Position numbers and translations under genes: made by a program | Source of the DNA: Octopus vulgaris | Taxonomy: Eukaryota | Direction: 5' to 3' | Assembly (NCBI GenBank): GCA_951406725.2 | Contig: OX597828.1 | Location: 34,038,001 to 34,102,000 of the forward strand | Length of the DNA: 64,000 bases | Shown: one piece after another, positions 38,168 to 50,742 of the stretch | How the letters are laid out: every line of letters begins with the position of its first letter | Position numbering within the stretch: the stretch's first letter is position 1 | The notes under the pieces: generated by a model | Database searches by the model: none | The model's input: only the letters and a program-made list of their open reading frames with translations | What the model was told of the DNA's origin: nothing

Positions 38168-40491
38168 TAGATATAGATATATATATACATATATATATTT
38201 TTACTTACACATGCATACTTATGTGTGTGTCTGTGTGTGTATGCATGTATGTATGTGTATACATGTAGGCACATGCATAGCTGTGTAGTTAAGATTCTTG
38301 CTTTTAAACTCCATGTTTCCGGGATCAATCCCACTGCACCATACTTTCGACAAACTAATGTCTGCCACTATAACCCCAAGCCAGCAAAAGCCTTGCGAGT
38401 GGATTTGGTGAATGGAAACTGATAGAAGCCCATTACATGTGTATATGTGTTGATGGGTGTTTTTGTCGTATTTACTTGCTCATTGTAAAAAGAAATCTGT
38501 TCTGAAAATATGTCTGGCCATGGAACAATTTGTGTTTGAAGGACCAGAGGAAAATTTCGCTAGATTGGAAACAAGTCAGGGTTGACCAGGATCATGACAG
38601 TAGCTTTATAGGTCCCTGGGCACTGGACCCTATAGTATCTATTTATTGACAGCAAGCCATAGCATACATAGATTAGAGTTGTGCCCTAAACACCTGAAGC
38701 CCTTGGATAACTGTCCAGTGTGCCCATGCCTTAAGGCATCCTTGGTGTTGGTGAGAGGAAGAGCACCCAGTTGTAAAAAAGATCTAATTCCCTAAAGTGC
38801 TGCTGATGCATGCAAGCATGGATCAAAAAAGTGCACATCAAAAAATATAGATGATGATGATGATGGTTGTGATGATGGTGATGATAATGATGCTTACACA
38901 CGCACATACATATGCATATATATTTATATATATATGAAAAACAGTTAATTAATTAATTAATTAATGATATATCAATATAAGACTAATCACTTCAAGATTA
39001 TCAATCAGGTAGAAAGGAGTTGGTTTGACTTACCCATAATTGAGAAAAAAAAGACGACCAATGTCAGAAGGAACTTCATGTTGTGCTCCTCTTGTCTCAA
39101 ATCTGTCTTACTGAGAAGTAACGTTTACGAGGCTATCTCTTATATCAGGGACTGAGTCCCTCAGGTGAAAAGACAATGGAGAAACACTCAGCAGTGTGTT
39201 TTCTTCAGTTATACACCTGGTGGGATACAAAGGAAAGAACCTGGGAGAAAGAGGAAGGTGAGGAGTTAAGATAATGAGGGGAATAAGAGAGGGAGGGAGG
39301 GAGGGAGGAAAGAGCAATATGGTAGAAGTGAAAGAGAAAGAGAGAGAGAGGGGGAGGAGGAGGAGGAGAGAGAGAGAAAGGAAAAGACATTTGCAAGTGA
39401 CTGGTTGATTGAATGGTGAGTGACCATGTGACTGACTGATTGGCCTGAGGAAAATTGGCCAAAATGGGATAAAGAAGTAATGAGAAAAATAGTTAATTAA
39501 TACCCTGGATATTACCGATTTCCACTCTTAGAGGAAGAAGTGGTGGAGAGAAGGGAATGGGGGAAAGCAGAGGAATTTGAAAGCTGGGTGCTTGAGTGTC
39601 TGGGGTGGCATGGCTATGGATTTGTGTGTTCTATAAATTGAAGAGTGGGTGGCATTCTGCCAGATTTTAGAAGTGAAATGTGGAGAGTAAAACAAAAGAG
39701 AAAGAAAAGATATATATATATATTTATAGGATAGGCATTCTGCTTCTGTTATTGTTGTTGTTTTTGTTTAGCCCTTGAAATAAGTTCTGATCAAGATCTA
39801 TATAAACAAAGGCACAGTTTGGTCATGACCCTCACGTTTATATATAAAAATATGTATATTTACGTGCGGGTGGCACGTAAAAAGCACCCACTACACTCAC
39901 GGAGTGGTTGGCGTTAGGAAGGGCATCTAGCCGTAGAAACACTGCCAGATCTGACTGGGCCTGATGAAGCCTTCCAGCTTCACAGACCCCAGTTGAACCG
40001 TCCAACCCATGCTAGCATGGAAAACGGACACTAAATGATGATGATGATGATGATATACTCTTGTTACTCTTTACACTTTTACTTGTTTCAGTCATTTGAC
40101 TGTGGCCATGCTGGAGCACCGCCTTTAGTCGAGCAAATCGACCCCGGGACTTATTCTTTTGTAAGCTCAGTACTTATTCTATCGGTCTCTTTTGCCGAAC
40201 CGCTAAGTGAGGGGGACATAAACACACCAGCATTGGTTGTCAAGCAATGCTAGGGGGGGGGGGCACACACAAACACACACACACATACATATATATATAT
40301 AAATATATATATATACATATATACGACAGGCTTCTTTCAGTTTCCGTCTACCAAATCCACTCACAAGGCATTGGTCAGCCCAGGGCTATAGCAGCAGATA
40401 CTTGCCCAAGATGCCATGCAGTGGGACTGAACCCGGAACCATGTGGTTGGTTAGCAAGCTACTTACCACACAGCCACTCCTGCACCTATAC

Positions 40492-40530
<39 letters not shown>

Positions 40531-40880
40531 AAGGTGTATGGCCTAGTGGTTAGGCTGTTGCACTCACGATTGCTACATTGTGGGTTCATTTCCCTCACTG
40601 GGTGGCATGTTGTGCTCTTGAGCAAAACACTTCGTTTGACATTGCTCCAGTCCCCCTTTTGACCTGGGGGAAATGTTGGCCTGCTCACCTAGCCAGCGGG
40701 GTGGCATCATTTGAAGGCTAAAACAATGTAAAATGAACATTGTGACTAGTGATGTGTAACAAAATCTGATAACCTGGTCAGTCATGTGATCAAGTGTTTC
40801 CTGAGTGTCAAATAATACTTTAATTGTTCCACGTCCTCGCGTTGCTGTGTTTTTTTCTGTGTTTTCTTGTTTGGATTAAC

Positions 40881-40914
<34 letters not shown>

Positions 40915-40972
40915 AATATAAATATATACATACACACACACATATATATGTATGTATGAATGTATGTATCAT

Positions 40973-41003
<31 letters not shown>

Positions 41004-41158
41004 GTGTGTGTGTATAAATATATATATATATATATATCAACAATAAAGGAACGGCCATAATAGGCCATTCACCCACTAGAAATAACAGCCAAAGCTTCAA
41101 CCGCAAATAAAAGTTAATTCAGTAAACCAGGAGAAAATTTAAAAACATTTACCCTGTA

Positions 41159-41265
41159 ATTTCTTATACGATATACCGTTTCATCTGCTGATTAATGGCA
41201 AACTAACCTGATTAAATTAAATCAAGCCAATCCTCCACAGGCCCTCAGATTCATCAGTAAGAAAT
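41159..41265 (-). ncRNA. Apparently intact type I hammerhead ribozyme
   Basis: Minus strand: AUUUCUUA-CUGAUGA-AUCUG-[loop]-CAGAU-GAA-ACGG-UAUA-UCGU-A-UAAGAAAU. Perfect 8-bp stem I, 5-bp stem II, 4-bp stem III and a GUA cleavage triplet; predicted cut between 41167 and 41166. Confidence 0.8.
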
Positions 41266-41934
41266 AGCCCAAGACGGAACAGATATTTTCACGAGGCATT
41301 TCCGACGTTGCCAAGTTTATATCTGACCTAAAATTTTAACATCTGCCATCCGTGCTGGCATGAATGGGACAGTTTGACCAGAACGGGCCTGGCAGAAGCT
41401 TGCACCAGACTTCTGTGACTGCTTTGGCAGGATTTTTACAACTGGATGTCCTTTCAGCAGAGTGGACATGGAACTTTTTACGTGGCACCAGCACAAGTGA
41501 GGTCAGTTTTGGCAAGCTCTTTATAGTTGGATGCCCTTCCAAATGCCAACCAGTTTACAGTGTGGACTGAGTGCTTTTTAAGTGGCACCTGCACTGACAG
41601 GGTCACCAAGTAACTTGCAAGACAAAAATCTATTGAGAGGGATGGGGGCATTGGAGGGGAGTGATCTTGTGTTAGATGATGAAAGATTGTAGTGAGACAG
41701 AGAGACAGAAACAGGTGTCTTGATGTTGAGTGGACCCACTTGCTGTCTGTGCACCTTGTGATATGCTCAGCCTAGTGTAACTTGTGCTTTTGGTACTCTG
41801 CACTCACATCGTTCACTGTCTATGTGTGTTTATGTGTTTGTGTGTACCCTTGTCTTGACATAACATGTTCCTTGTAAATGAGCATCATCATCATCATCAT
41901 TCAACATCTGCCTTTAATGCTGACATGATATATA

Positions 41935-41995
<61 letters not shown>

Positions 41996-42195
41996 GCATA
42001 TAAATATATATTTTTTCATAGCGTTTTCAAATAGCCAGATAACCGAAGAGATGTCGTGGATTCCCACTTTGGCATCTGAAACTCAGAGTTTTATCTTGAC
42101 TATCGAGTAATGTAACATATTATTGTATAGATAAATTTCCTCTATTTACATAATATTGAGGTCTCTTTCTTTCTTTTGTTATCTTACCGTTTTAT

Positions 42196-42228
<33 letters not shown>

Positions 42229-42231
<3 letters not shown>

Positions 42232-42771
42232 TAGAGAAAAACCACTATTACGTAATTCAAACAATGATAGATGTAGATCATGCCATATAGAAAAAATAAA
42301 ATATATGATAAAACATTTACCCAGATCACAATAAAGTACATAATAATAAACAATATATAATTCATATTATATATTAATTATATACTCTTTATTATTATGT
42401 ACTGTATTGTGATGTAGGTAAATGTTTTATTATATATTTTATTATATATTATTTATTATATATTATTTATTATATATTTTATTATATATTTTATTATACA
42501 TTTTACAACACTGAACACCTTTTTGATCTCCATGTGTCTAACACACGTGGACATGCCTACAAAGTCAGAAAACAACACAGCTCCCATGACTTTCGGAAAC
42601 ATTTTTTCACGCTCAGAGTTGCTGAAGCATGGAATAAACTGCCTGCGTCAGTTGTTGACTGCCATGACACTGCATCCTTTAAGGCCCTCATGCTTTCCGA
42701 AATCCGCCGAAACTACACCTGATTATATATACACTTTAGATGAGTTGTAGTGCACCTGAGCACTGTACACA

Positions 42772-42843
<72 letters not shown>

Positions 42844-42915
42844 TTTATTTTTTCTATATGGTATGATTTATGTCTTTCATTGTTTGAATAACATAATAGT
42901 GGATTTTCTCTAATT
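42229..42915. mobile_element. AT-rich foldback element (~135-bp arms) in (TA)n, with the right arm interrupted by a CR1 fragment
   Basis: aattagagaaaaaccactatta..tcaaacaatga..ccatatagaaaaaataaaata..tacataataataaa is mirrored by 42390-42440 plus 42840-42915. Confidence 0.75.
42504..42838 (+). mobile_element. CR1-clade LINE 3' fragment with (TTA)n tail
   Basis: SNTRGHAYKVRKQH..RKHFFTLRVAEAWNKLP; nearly identical to 48407-48700(-). Confidence 0.88.
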
Positions 42916-42939
42916 AATATATATATATATATATATATA

Positions 42940-43168
42940 TTTCTTTACTACCCACAAGGGGCTAAACACAGAGGGGACAAACAAGGACAGACATAGGTAT
43001 TAAGTCGATTACATCGACCCCAGTGCGTAACTGGTACTTTATTTATCGACCCCGAAAGGATGAAAGGCAAAGTCGACCTCGGCGGAATTTGAACTCATAA
43101 CGTAACGGCAGACGAAATACGGCTACGCATTTCGCCCGGCGTGCTAACGTTTCTGCCAGCTCACCGCC
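42940..43168 (-). mobile_element. tRNA-derived SINE family B, full-length reverse copy
   Basis: Reverse complement of the 36277 consensus, embedded in (TA)n. Confidence 0.8.
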
Positions 43169-43169
43169 A

Positions 43170-43203
<34 letters not shown>

Positions 43204-43980
43204 GTAGAATAAAAAATAGAATAAAAAATTTCCAGGCAGATATAAATAAAGCACCCAGTTTTAAAAGAATTTGGTTAACAATATTCAATAATCAGACACC
43301 AGTACTAATTTTCTTACCACACATCCACACTTGGACCTTTTTCCTGTAGTTTTTTTTTTTTCTGAGATGGCAGTGTGTGACTTAAAGGTGATTTAGCTGA
43401 TATTTCTAGCAGGTTGATAGACCTCTTAGAGGGAGGATTAGGTGGAGGAGGCGACAGAAGAGTATGTGTATAACAGCAGCAAGTACTAATGACACTATCC
43501 AACTATACTTAACAGGGTGTGAGTGAAATTACTAACGAGACAGGTTTGTTTACATCAATATAGAACTGTACTAATTAAACCAATCTTTTTCCATTTATTT
43601 TTTCTCTTGGAAATAGTTCTAATTAAGGTTTTCCCTTTCTTCCTTTCTTTCTTTCTTTTTTTATCATTTTGGTGAGCAGGTTCAAGTCCAGTGTAGTAAG
43701 GTCACTCGATAAACCCACAATACAAAAGCCCATAGTTAGTGACCAATATTGACCAATAGTGACCAATAGCTGAAAGGAAATTTAACCTTCAGCTTTTGTT
43801 TAAATAAAAAAAAAAACTGTTAAAAAAGCACTCTTTAAACAACAACAAAGGAAAAAAAGAATCTAATTAAATTTAGAAATTAGGTGCTTTGATTACTATA
43901 ATTACCAAGAAAGGAAACTGGTGCTGTGAGAGGTCTCAAGGAGAACTTGTATTAAATCTGCATATACACTACACATGCAA

Positions 43981-44055
<75 letters not shown>

Positions 44056-45409
44056 TGTGTGTGTGTGTGTGTGTGTGAATGCATATGTACATGTATATAT
44101 ATTTGTATGTATGTATGTATGTATGTATGTTTGTATGTATGTATGTATGTATGTATAATGGCACAAGGTTGATGGTATAACAATGCCAGGTGCACTTTTA
44201 GTTAGACATCTTTTGTTTTAAGTTCAATTAACAGTTTTGGTGAAATGTCCAGGTGGCCAACCCCAATTCCTAAACAAATCTAAAATATATGTTGCTGCTT
44301 TGCCCTGAGTGAACTCCGATCAAGCAAGCAGTTCTATGATTAAAGGTACTCAAGCCATGGACGTCCTTTTTCATTGTTTTCTAGAATATAGTGTATCTAG
44401 AACTAAATTTATCCAATCTGTCCTGTTTTCAAGATGTAATAGTTATATTTGAAAGACTATATAGAAGATTTCTTGTTAATTCATTAAAAATGATCAGGTT
44501 GTTTTCAGACATATTTGGCTGCTATTTCTTGCAGGTCAAGCAATCAAGCAACTATTTGGGCCCATTAAAATAGTACGGTATGTTTTCAGTGAGATTTGAC
44601 TACTATTTCTAGCAAGTCAATAAGTTATTTAGAGGATCTGACATTGGCTCATTAAAATAGTACAGTTTGATTTGAGGGAGATTTGGCTGCTATTTCTTGC
44701 AAGTCAAACAACTATTTAGAGGTTCTGACATTGGCCCATTAAAATAGTATGGTGTTATTAAAGAGAGATTTGATTACTATTTCTTGCAAGTCAAGCAACT
44801 GAAAGATCTGATATTGGCCCATTAAAATAGTAGTGTGAATTGAGGGAGATTTGACTGCTATTTCTAGCAAGTCAAGCAACTATTTACAGGATCTTATGCT
44901 GGTCCATTAAAATAGAACATGTGTGATTTCAGGAAGATTTGGCTGCTGTTTCTTCATTTCAATCACTTCTTCGGAGAATCTGACATGAACCCATCAAAAT
45001 ACAAGTGTGATTTGATGGCAATTTGACTGCTATTTCTAGCAAGTCAAGCAACTATTTAGAGGATTTCATGTTGGACCATTAAAATAGTAAAGTGTGATTT
45101 GAGGGAGATTTGACTGCTATTTCTTGCAATATAAGCAGCTATTTACTGGATCTGACGTCGGCCCATTAAAAGAGTACAGTGTGATATGAGGGAGATTTGG
45201 TTGCTATTTCTAGTAATTCAGTCAGTTATGTCGAGGTTCTGACATTGGCCCATTGAAATAATACAGTGAAAGTTGAGGGAGATTTGACTCCTATTTTTAG
45301 CAAATCAAGCAACTGTTTAAAGGATCTGATGTTAACCCATTGAAATAGTAGAGTGGGATGTGAGGAAGATTTGACTGCTATTTCTAGCAAGTCAAGCAAC
45401 TATCTAGAG

Positions 45410-45637
45410 CAGGGGTGGGCAAACTACGGCCCGCGGGCCGCATGCGGCCCGCCATAGGTTTTCATGCGGCCCCCCGCCGAGAGGAATATTTCACAAAATT
45501 TCCTTTCAATCAATTGTGTGTTTATAGGTCTATAACCGCCTTTAAAAATATTTCGACTTGATTTTTACAAATGAGGCCCGCCAAGGTTCCAAAGACGCAC
45601 TGTGCGGCCCGCGATCAAAAGAGTTCGCCCACCCCTG
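45410..45637 (+). mobile_element. hAT (Charlie/Buster-type, MER58-like termini) MITE, 228 bp
   Basis: TIR caggggtgggcaaact / agttcgcccacccctg; perfect 8-bp TSD atctagag (45402-45409 and 45638-45645). Confidence 0.92.
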
Positions 45638-48406
45638 ATCTAGAGGATCTAACTTTGGCCCATTTAAATAGTACAGTGTGATATAAGGTAGATTTGACTG
45701 CTATTTCTAGGATGTCAATCACTAATTTAGAGTATCAGACATTAACCATTAGAATGATACAGGGAGATCTGAGGGAGATGTGACTGCTATTTCTAGCAAG
45801 TCAAGGAACTATTTGGTGGATCTAATATGTTGGCCCATTAAAAAAGTAAAGTGTGATTTGGGGTAGATTTGACTGCTATTTCTAGCAAGTGAATTACTTA
45901 TTTAGAGCATTCACAATTTAAAATTGTACAGTGTGATTTGAGGGAGATTTGACTACTATTTCTAGCATGTCAAGCAGCTATTTAGAGGATATGACATCGG
46001 CCCTTTAAAATAGTACAGTGTGATTTGAGGGACATCTGACTGCTATTTCTAGCAAGACAAGCAACTATTTAGAGGATCTCATGTTGTCCGATTAAAATAT
46101 TAGAGTGTGATTTGGGGGAGATCCGTCTGCTATTTCTTGCAAGTCAAGCAACTGTTTAAAGGACCTCATGTTGGTTCATTGAAATAGCACAGAGTAATTT
46201 GAAGGTGATTTGACTGCTATTTCTAGCAAGTCAAGCAACTATTTAGAGGATCTGATATCGGTTCATTAAAATGGTACAGAGAGATCTAAGCGAGATTTGA
46301 CTGCTATTTCTAGCAAGTCAAGCAACTATTTACAGAATCTGACATTGGTCCATTGGAATAAAAAAGTGTAATCCAAGGGAGATTTGACTGCTATTTCTAA
46401 CAACTCAAGCAACTATATAAGGGAACTGATATTGGTCCATTAGAATAGAACAGTGATCTGAGGGAGATTTGACTGCTATATCTAGCAAGTCAAGCAACTA
46501 TTTAAGGGATCTGATATTGGTCCATTGCTAGATGGAAAAGTGATATGAGAGAGGTTTGACTGCTATTTCTAACAAGTTAATTAACTATTTAGAGGATCTG
46601 ACATTAGAATAGTACAGAGAGATCTGAGGTAGATTTGACTGATATTTCTTGCTAGTCAAGCAACTATTTAGAGGATCCAACATTGATCTATTAGAATAGA
46701 ACAAAGTAATCTGAGGGTGATCTGACTGCTATTTCTAGCAGGTCAGGCAACTATTTACAGAATCTGAAATTGGTCCATTAGAACAGAGCAGTAATCTGAG
46801 GGATTTTGACTGCTATTTCTAACAAGTCAAGCAACTATTTAGAGGATCTGACATTAATCGTTTAGAATAGAAAAGTGTAATTATAGGGATATTTGACTGA
46901 TATTTCTCGCAAGTCAAGCAACTATTTAGAGAATCTGACTTGGGCCCATTTAAATAGTACAGTGTGATATAAGGTAGATGTGACTCCTATTTCTTGCAAG
47001 TCAATCACTAATTTAGAGTATCAGACATTAACCCATTAAAATAGTACAGTGTGATTTGGGGGAGATTTGACTGCTATTTCTTGCAAGTCAAGCAACTATT
47101 TAGAGGATCTGATGGTGGACCATTGACATTTTAGAGAGTGATTTGAGGGACATTCAACTGCTATTTCTAGCAGGCCAAGCAACTATTTAAAACATCTCAT
47201 GCTGGCCCATTTAAATAGTACATGTGATTTAAATGAGATTTGAAGGCTATTTCTAGCAAGTCAATCAGTTATTTAGAGGATCTGAAATTGGCATGATAAA
47301 ATAGTACAGTGTGCTTTGAGGGAGATTTGGCTGCTATTTTTTGGAAGACATGCAACTATTTAAAAGATCTGACATTGGTTGATTAAAATAGTACAGTGTG
47401 ACTGGAAAGAGATTTTGACAGCTATTTCTAGGACGTCAAGCAACTATTTATAGGATCTGACATTGTTCCATTAGAATAGCAAAGTATGATCTGTGGAAGA
47501 GTTGACTGTTATTTCTAGCAAGTCAAGCAACTATTTAGAGGATCTAAGATGTTGGCCAATTAGAAAAGTAAAGTGAGATTTGTGGGGAATTTGACTGTTA
47601 TTTCTAGCAAGTAAATCACTTATTTGGAGGGTCTGACATTCAACCATTAAAATTGTACAGTGTGATTTGAGGGAGATTTGACTACTATTTATAGCAAGTC
47701 AAGAACCTATTTAGAGAATATGACATTGACCCATAAAAATAGTACAGTGTGATTTGATGGACATCTGACTGCTATTTCTAGCAAGACAAGCAACTATTTA
47801 GAGGAACTGACATTGGTCCACTGGAATAGAACAGAGAGATCAGAGGCAGACTGGACTGCTATTCCTAGCAAGAAAGCAACTATTTAGAGGATCTGACATT
47901 GTTCCATTGGAGTAGAAAAGTGTGATCCGAAGGAGATTTGACAGCTATTTCTAACGAGTGAAGCAACTATTTAAAAGATCTAAAATTGGTCTATTAGAAT
48001 AGAAAAGTGTTATCTGAGGGACATTTGACTGCTATTTCTAGCAAGTCAAGCAACTATATAGGGGATCGTATATTGGTCCTTCAGAATGCTAGAGAGAGAT
48101 CTGAGGGAGATTGACTGCTGTTTCTAGCAAGTCAGGCAACCATTTAGAAGATCTGACATTGGTCCAATAGAATATATAAGTGTGATCTGAGGGAGATTTG
48201 GCTGCTATTTCTAGCAAGACAAGCAACACTCTCAAGGGTCTGACATTGGTCCATTAGAATAAAAAAGTATGATCTGAGGGAGATTTGACTTCTATTTCTA
48301 CTAAATCGAGAATGTATTTTGAGGATCTGGCATTGGTCCATTACAATAGAAATGTATGAATGGAGGGAGTTTGACTGCTATTTCTAGCAAGTCAAGCAAC
48401 TATTTA

Positions 48407-48968
48407 ATAATAATAATAATAAACATTGTGTACAGTGCTCAGGTGCACTACAACTCATCTAAAGTGCATATTTAATCAGGTGTAGTTTTGGCGGATTTCG
48501 GAAAGCATGAGGGCCTTAAAGGATGCAGTGTCATGGCAGTCAACAACTGATGCAGGCAGTTTATTCCATGCTTCAGCAACTCTGAGCGTGAAGAAATGTT
48601 TCCGAAAGTCATGGGAGCTGTGTTGTTTTCTGACTTTGTAGGCATGTCCACGTGTGTTAGACACATGGAGATCAAAAAGGTATTCAGTGTTGTTATTGGT
48701 GAGGTGGTTGACAACTTTGTGGGCATTTACCAAGTCTGTCGCCAGACACCGGAGCTTCAGTGAATCCATGCCCAGGGAAACAAGGCGCTCAGAATATGGT
48801 AGGTGTCTGATGGAGGGTATGCGTTTGGTTGCATGTCTCTGAACAGATTCCAGGAGGTCAATGTTCTGAGCAAGATAGGGGTTCCAAACTGATGATGCGA
48901 ATTCCAAGTGTGGTCGTACCATAGCTGTATACAGTTTTAAATAGATGGCTGGAGAGCGGCTAACAAAG
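48407..48968 (-). mobile_element. 5'-truncated CR1-clade LINE inserted in the satellite
   Basis: Open frame LYTAMVRPHLEFASSVWNPY..LESVQRHATKRI..YSERL..TRGH..WNKLP. (TTA)n tail at about 48407-48421. The satellite resumes with gaggatctgaca at 48969. Confidence 0.92.
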
Positions 48969-50517
48969 GAGGATCTGACATTGTTCCATTTGAATAGGAA
49001 ATTGACATCTGAGGAAGATTTGACTGCTATTTCTAGTAAGTCAAGCAACTATTTAGGGGATCTGACATTGGTAGTATAGAAAGATCTGAGGGAGATTTGA
49101 CTGCTATTTCTAGCAAGTCAGGCAACTATTTAGTGGTTCTAAAATTGGTCCATTACAATAGTAAAGAGAGATCTGAGGGAGATTTAACTGATATTTCTGC
49201 AAGTCAAGCAACAATTTAGGGCATTGGTCCTTTAGAATACTAGAGAGAGATCTGAGGGAGATTGACTGCTGTTTCTAGCAACTCAAGCAACTATTTAGAG
49301 GATCTGACCTTGGTCCATTAGAATAGGAAAATGTGATCTGAGGGAGACTTGACTGCTAGTTCTTGCATGTCATGCAACAATTTATGGGATCTGATATTGA
49401 TCCATTAGAAAATACTGAGAGATTTCAGGGAGTTTTTGACTGCTATTTCTTTTGCAAGTTAAGCAACAATTCAGAGGATCTGACATTGTTACTTTAGAAT
49501 AGAAAAGGTTGATATGAGGGCGATTTGAATGTTATTTCTAGCAACTCAAGGAACTATTTAGATGATCTGACGTTGGTCAATTAGAATAGAAAAGTGTTAT
49601 CTGAGGGAGATTTGAAAGCTATTTCTAGCTAGTCAAGCAACTATTTAGTAGATCTGATATTGGTCCATTACAATAGAAAAGTGTGATCTGTAGGCGATTT
49701 GACTGCTATTTCTAGCAAGTAAAGCAACAATTTAGAGGATATGACATTGGTGCATTAGAATAGAAAAGTGAGATCTGAGGGTGGCTTCACTGCTATTTCT
49801 AGCAAGTCGAGCAACTATTTAGATGATCTGTCATTGATCCATTGCAATTGAAAAGTGTGATCTGAGGGAGAGTTGACTGCTATTTCTAGCAAGTCATGCA
49901 ACTATTTAGGTCACTGGATATTGGTCCATTAGAAAGTAGAGAAAGATTTGAGGGAGATTTGACTGCTATTTCTAGGAAGTCAATGAAATATTTAAAGAAT
50001 CTGACATTGTTCCATGGGAATAGAAGTGTTATCTGAGGGTGATTTGACTGCTATTTCTAGCAAGGCAAGCAACTATTGAAGGGATATGACATTGGTCCAT
50101 TAGAATTGACAACTGTGATATGAGGGCGATTTGACTGATATTTCCAACATGTCAAGTGCTTATTTAGAAAATCTGACATTGGTCCATTAGAATTGAAAAT
50201 TGTGAACTAAGGGTTATTTGATTGGTGTTTCTAGCAAGTCAAGACACTATTTAGAGGATCTGATATTGGTCTATTAAAATTGAAATGTGTGATATGAGTG
50301 ACTTTTGACTGCTATTTCTAGCAAGTCAGACAACTATTTGGAGGATCTAGCATTGGTCCATTAGAATAGAAAAGTTTGATGTGAGGTAGATATGTCTGTT
50401 GTTTCTATGAAGTCAAGCAACTATTTTGATGATCTCTCATTGGTCCATTACAATTGAAAAGTGTGATCTTAGGGCGATTTCACTGCTATTTCTAGCAAGT
50501 CAAGCAACTATTTAGAT

Positions 50518-50742
50518 CAGGGGTGGGCAAACTACGGCCCGCGGGCCGCATGCGGCCCGCCATAGGTTTTCATGCGGTCCGCCGAGAGGAATATTTCACA
50601 AAATTTCCTTTCAATCAATTGTGTGTTTATAGGTCTATAACTGCCTTTAAAAATATTTTCACTTGATTTTTATAAATGAGGCCCGCCAAGGTTCCAAAGA
50701 CGCACTGTGCGGCCCGCGATCAAAAAAGTTCGCCCACCCCTG
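50518..50742 (+). mobile_element. hAT MITE, second copy (225 bp)
   Basis: Near-identical to 45410-45637; perfect 8-bp TSD atttagat (50510-50517 and 50743-50750). Confidence 0.92.

Noticed and set aside
39090-39170. Hammerhead on the minus strand
   Set aside because: The core is too degenerate (CUGAUAU, GUAAAC) to call.
48476-49048. 190-aa host gene
   Set aside because: It is a CR1 ORF2 C-terminus fused by chance to satellite sequence.
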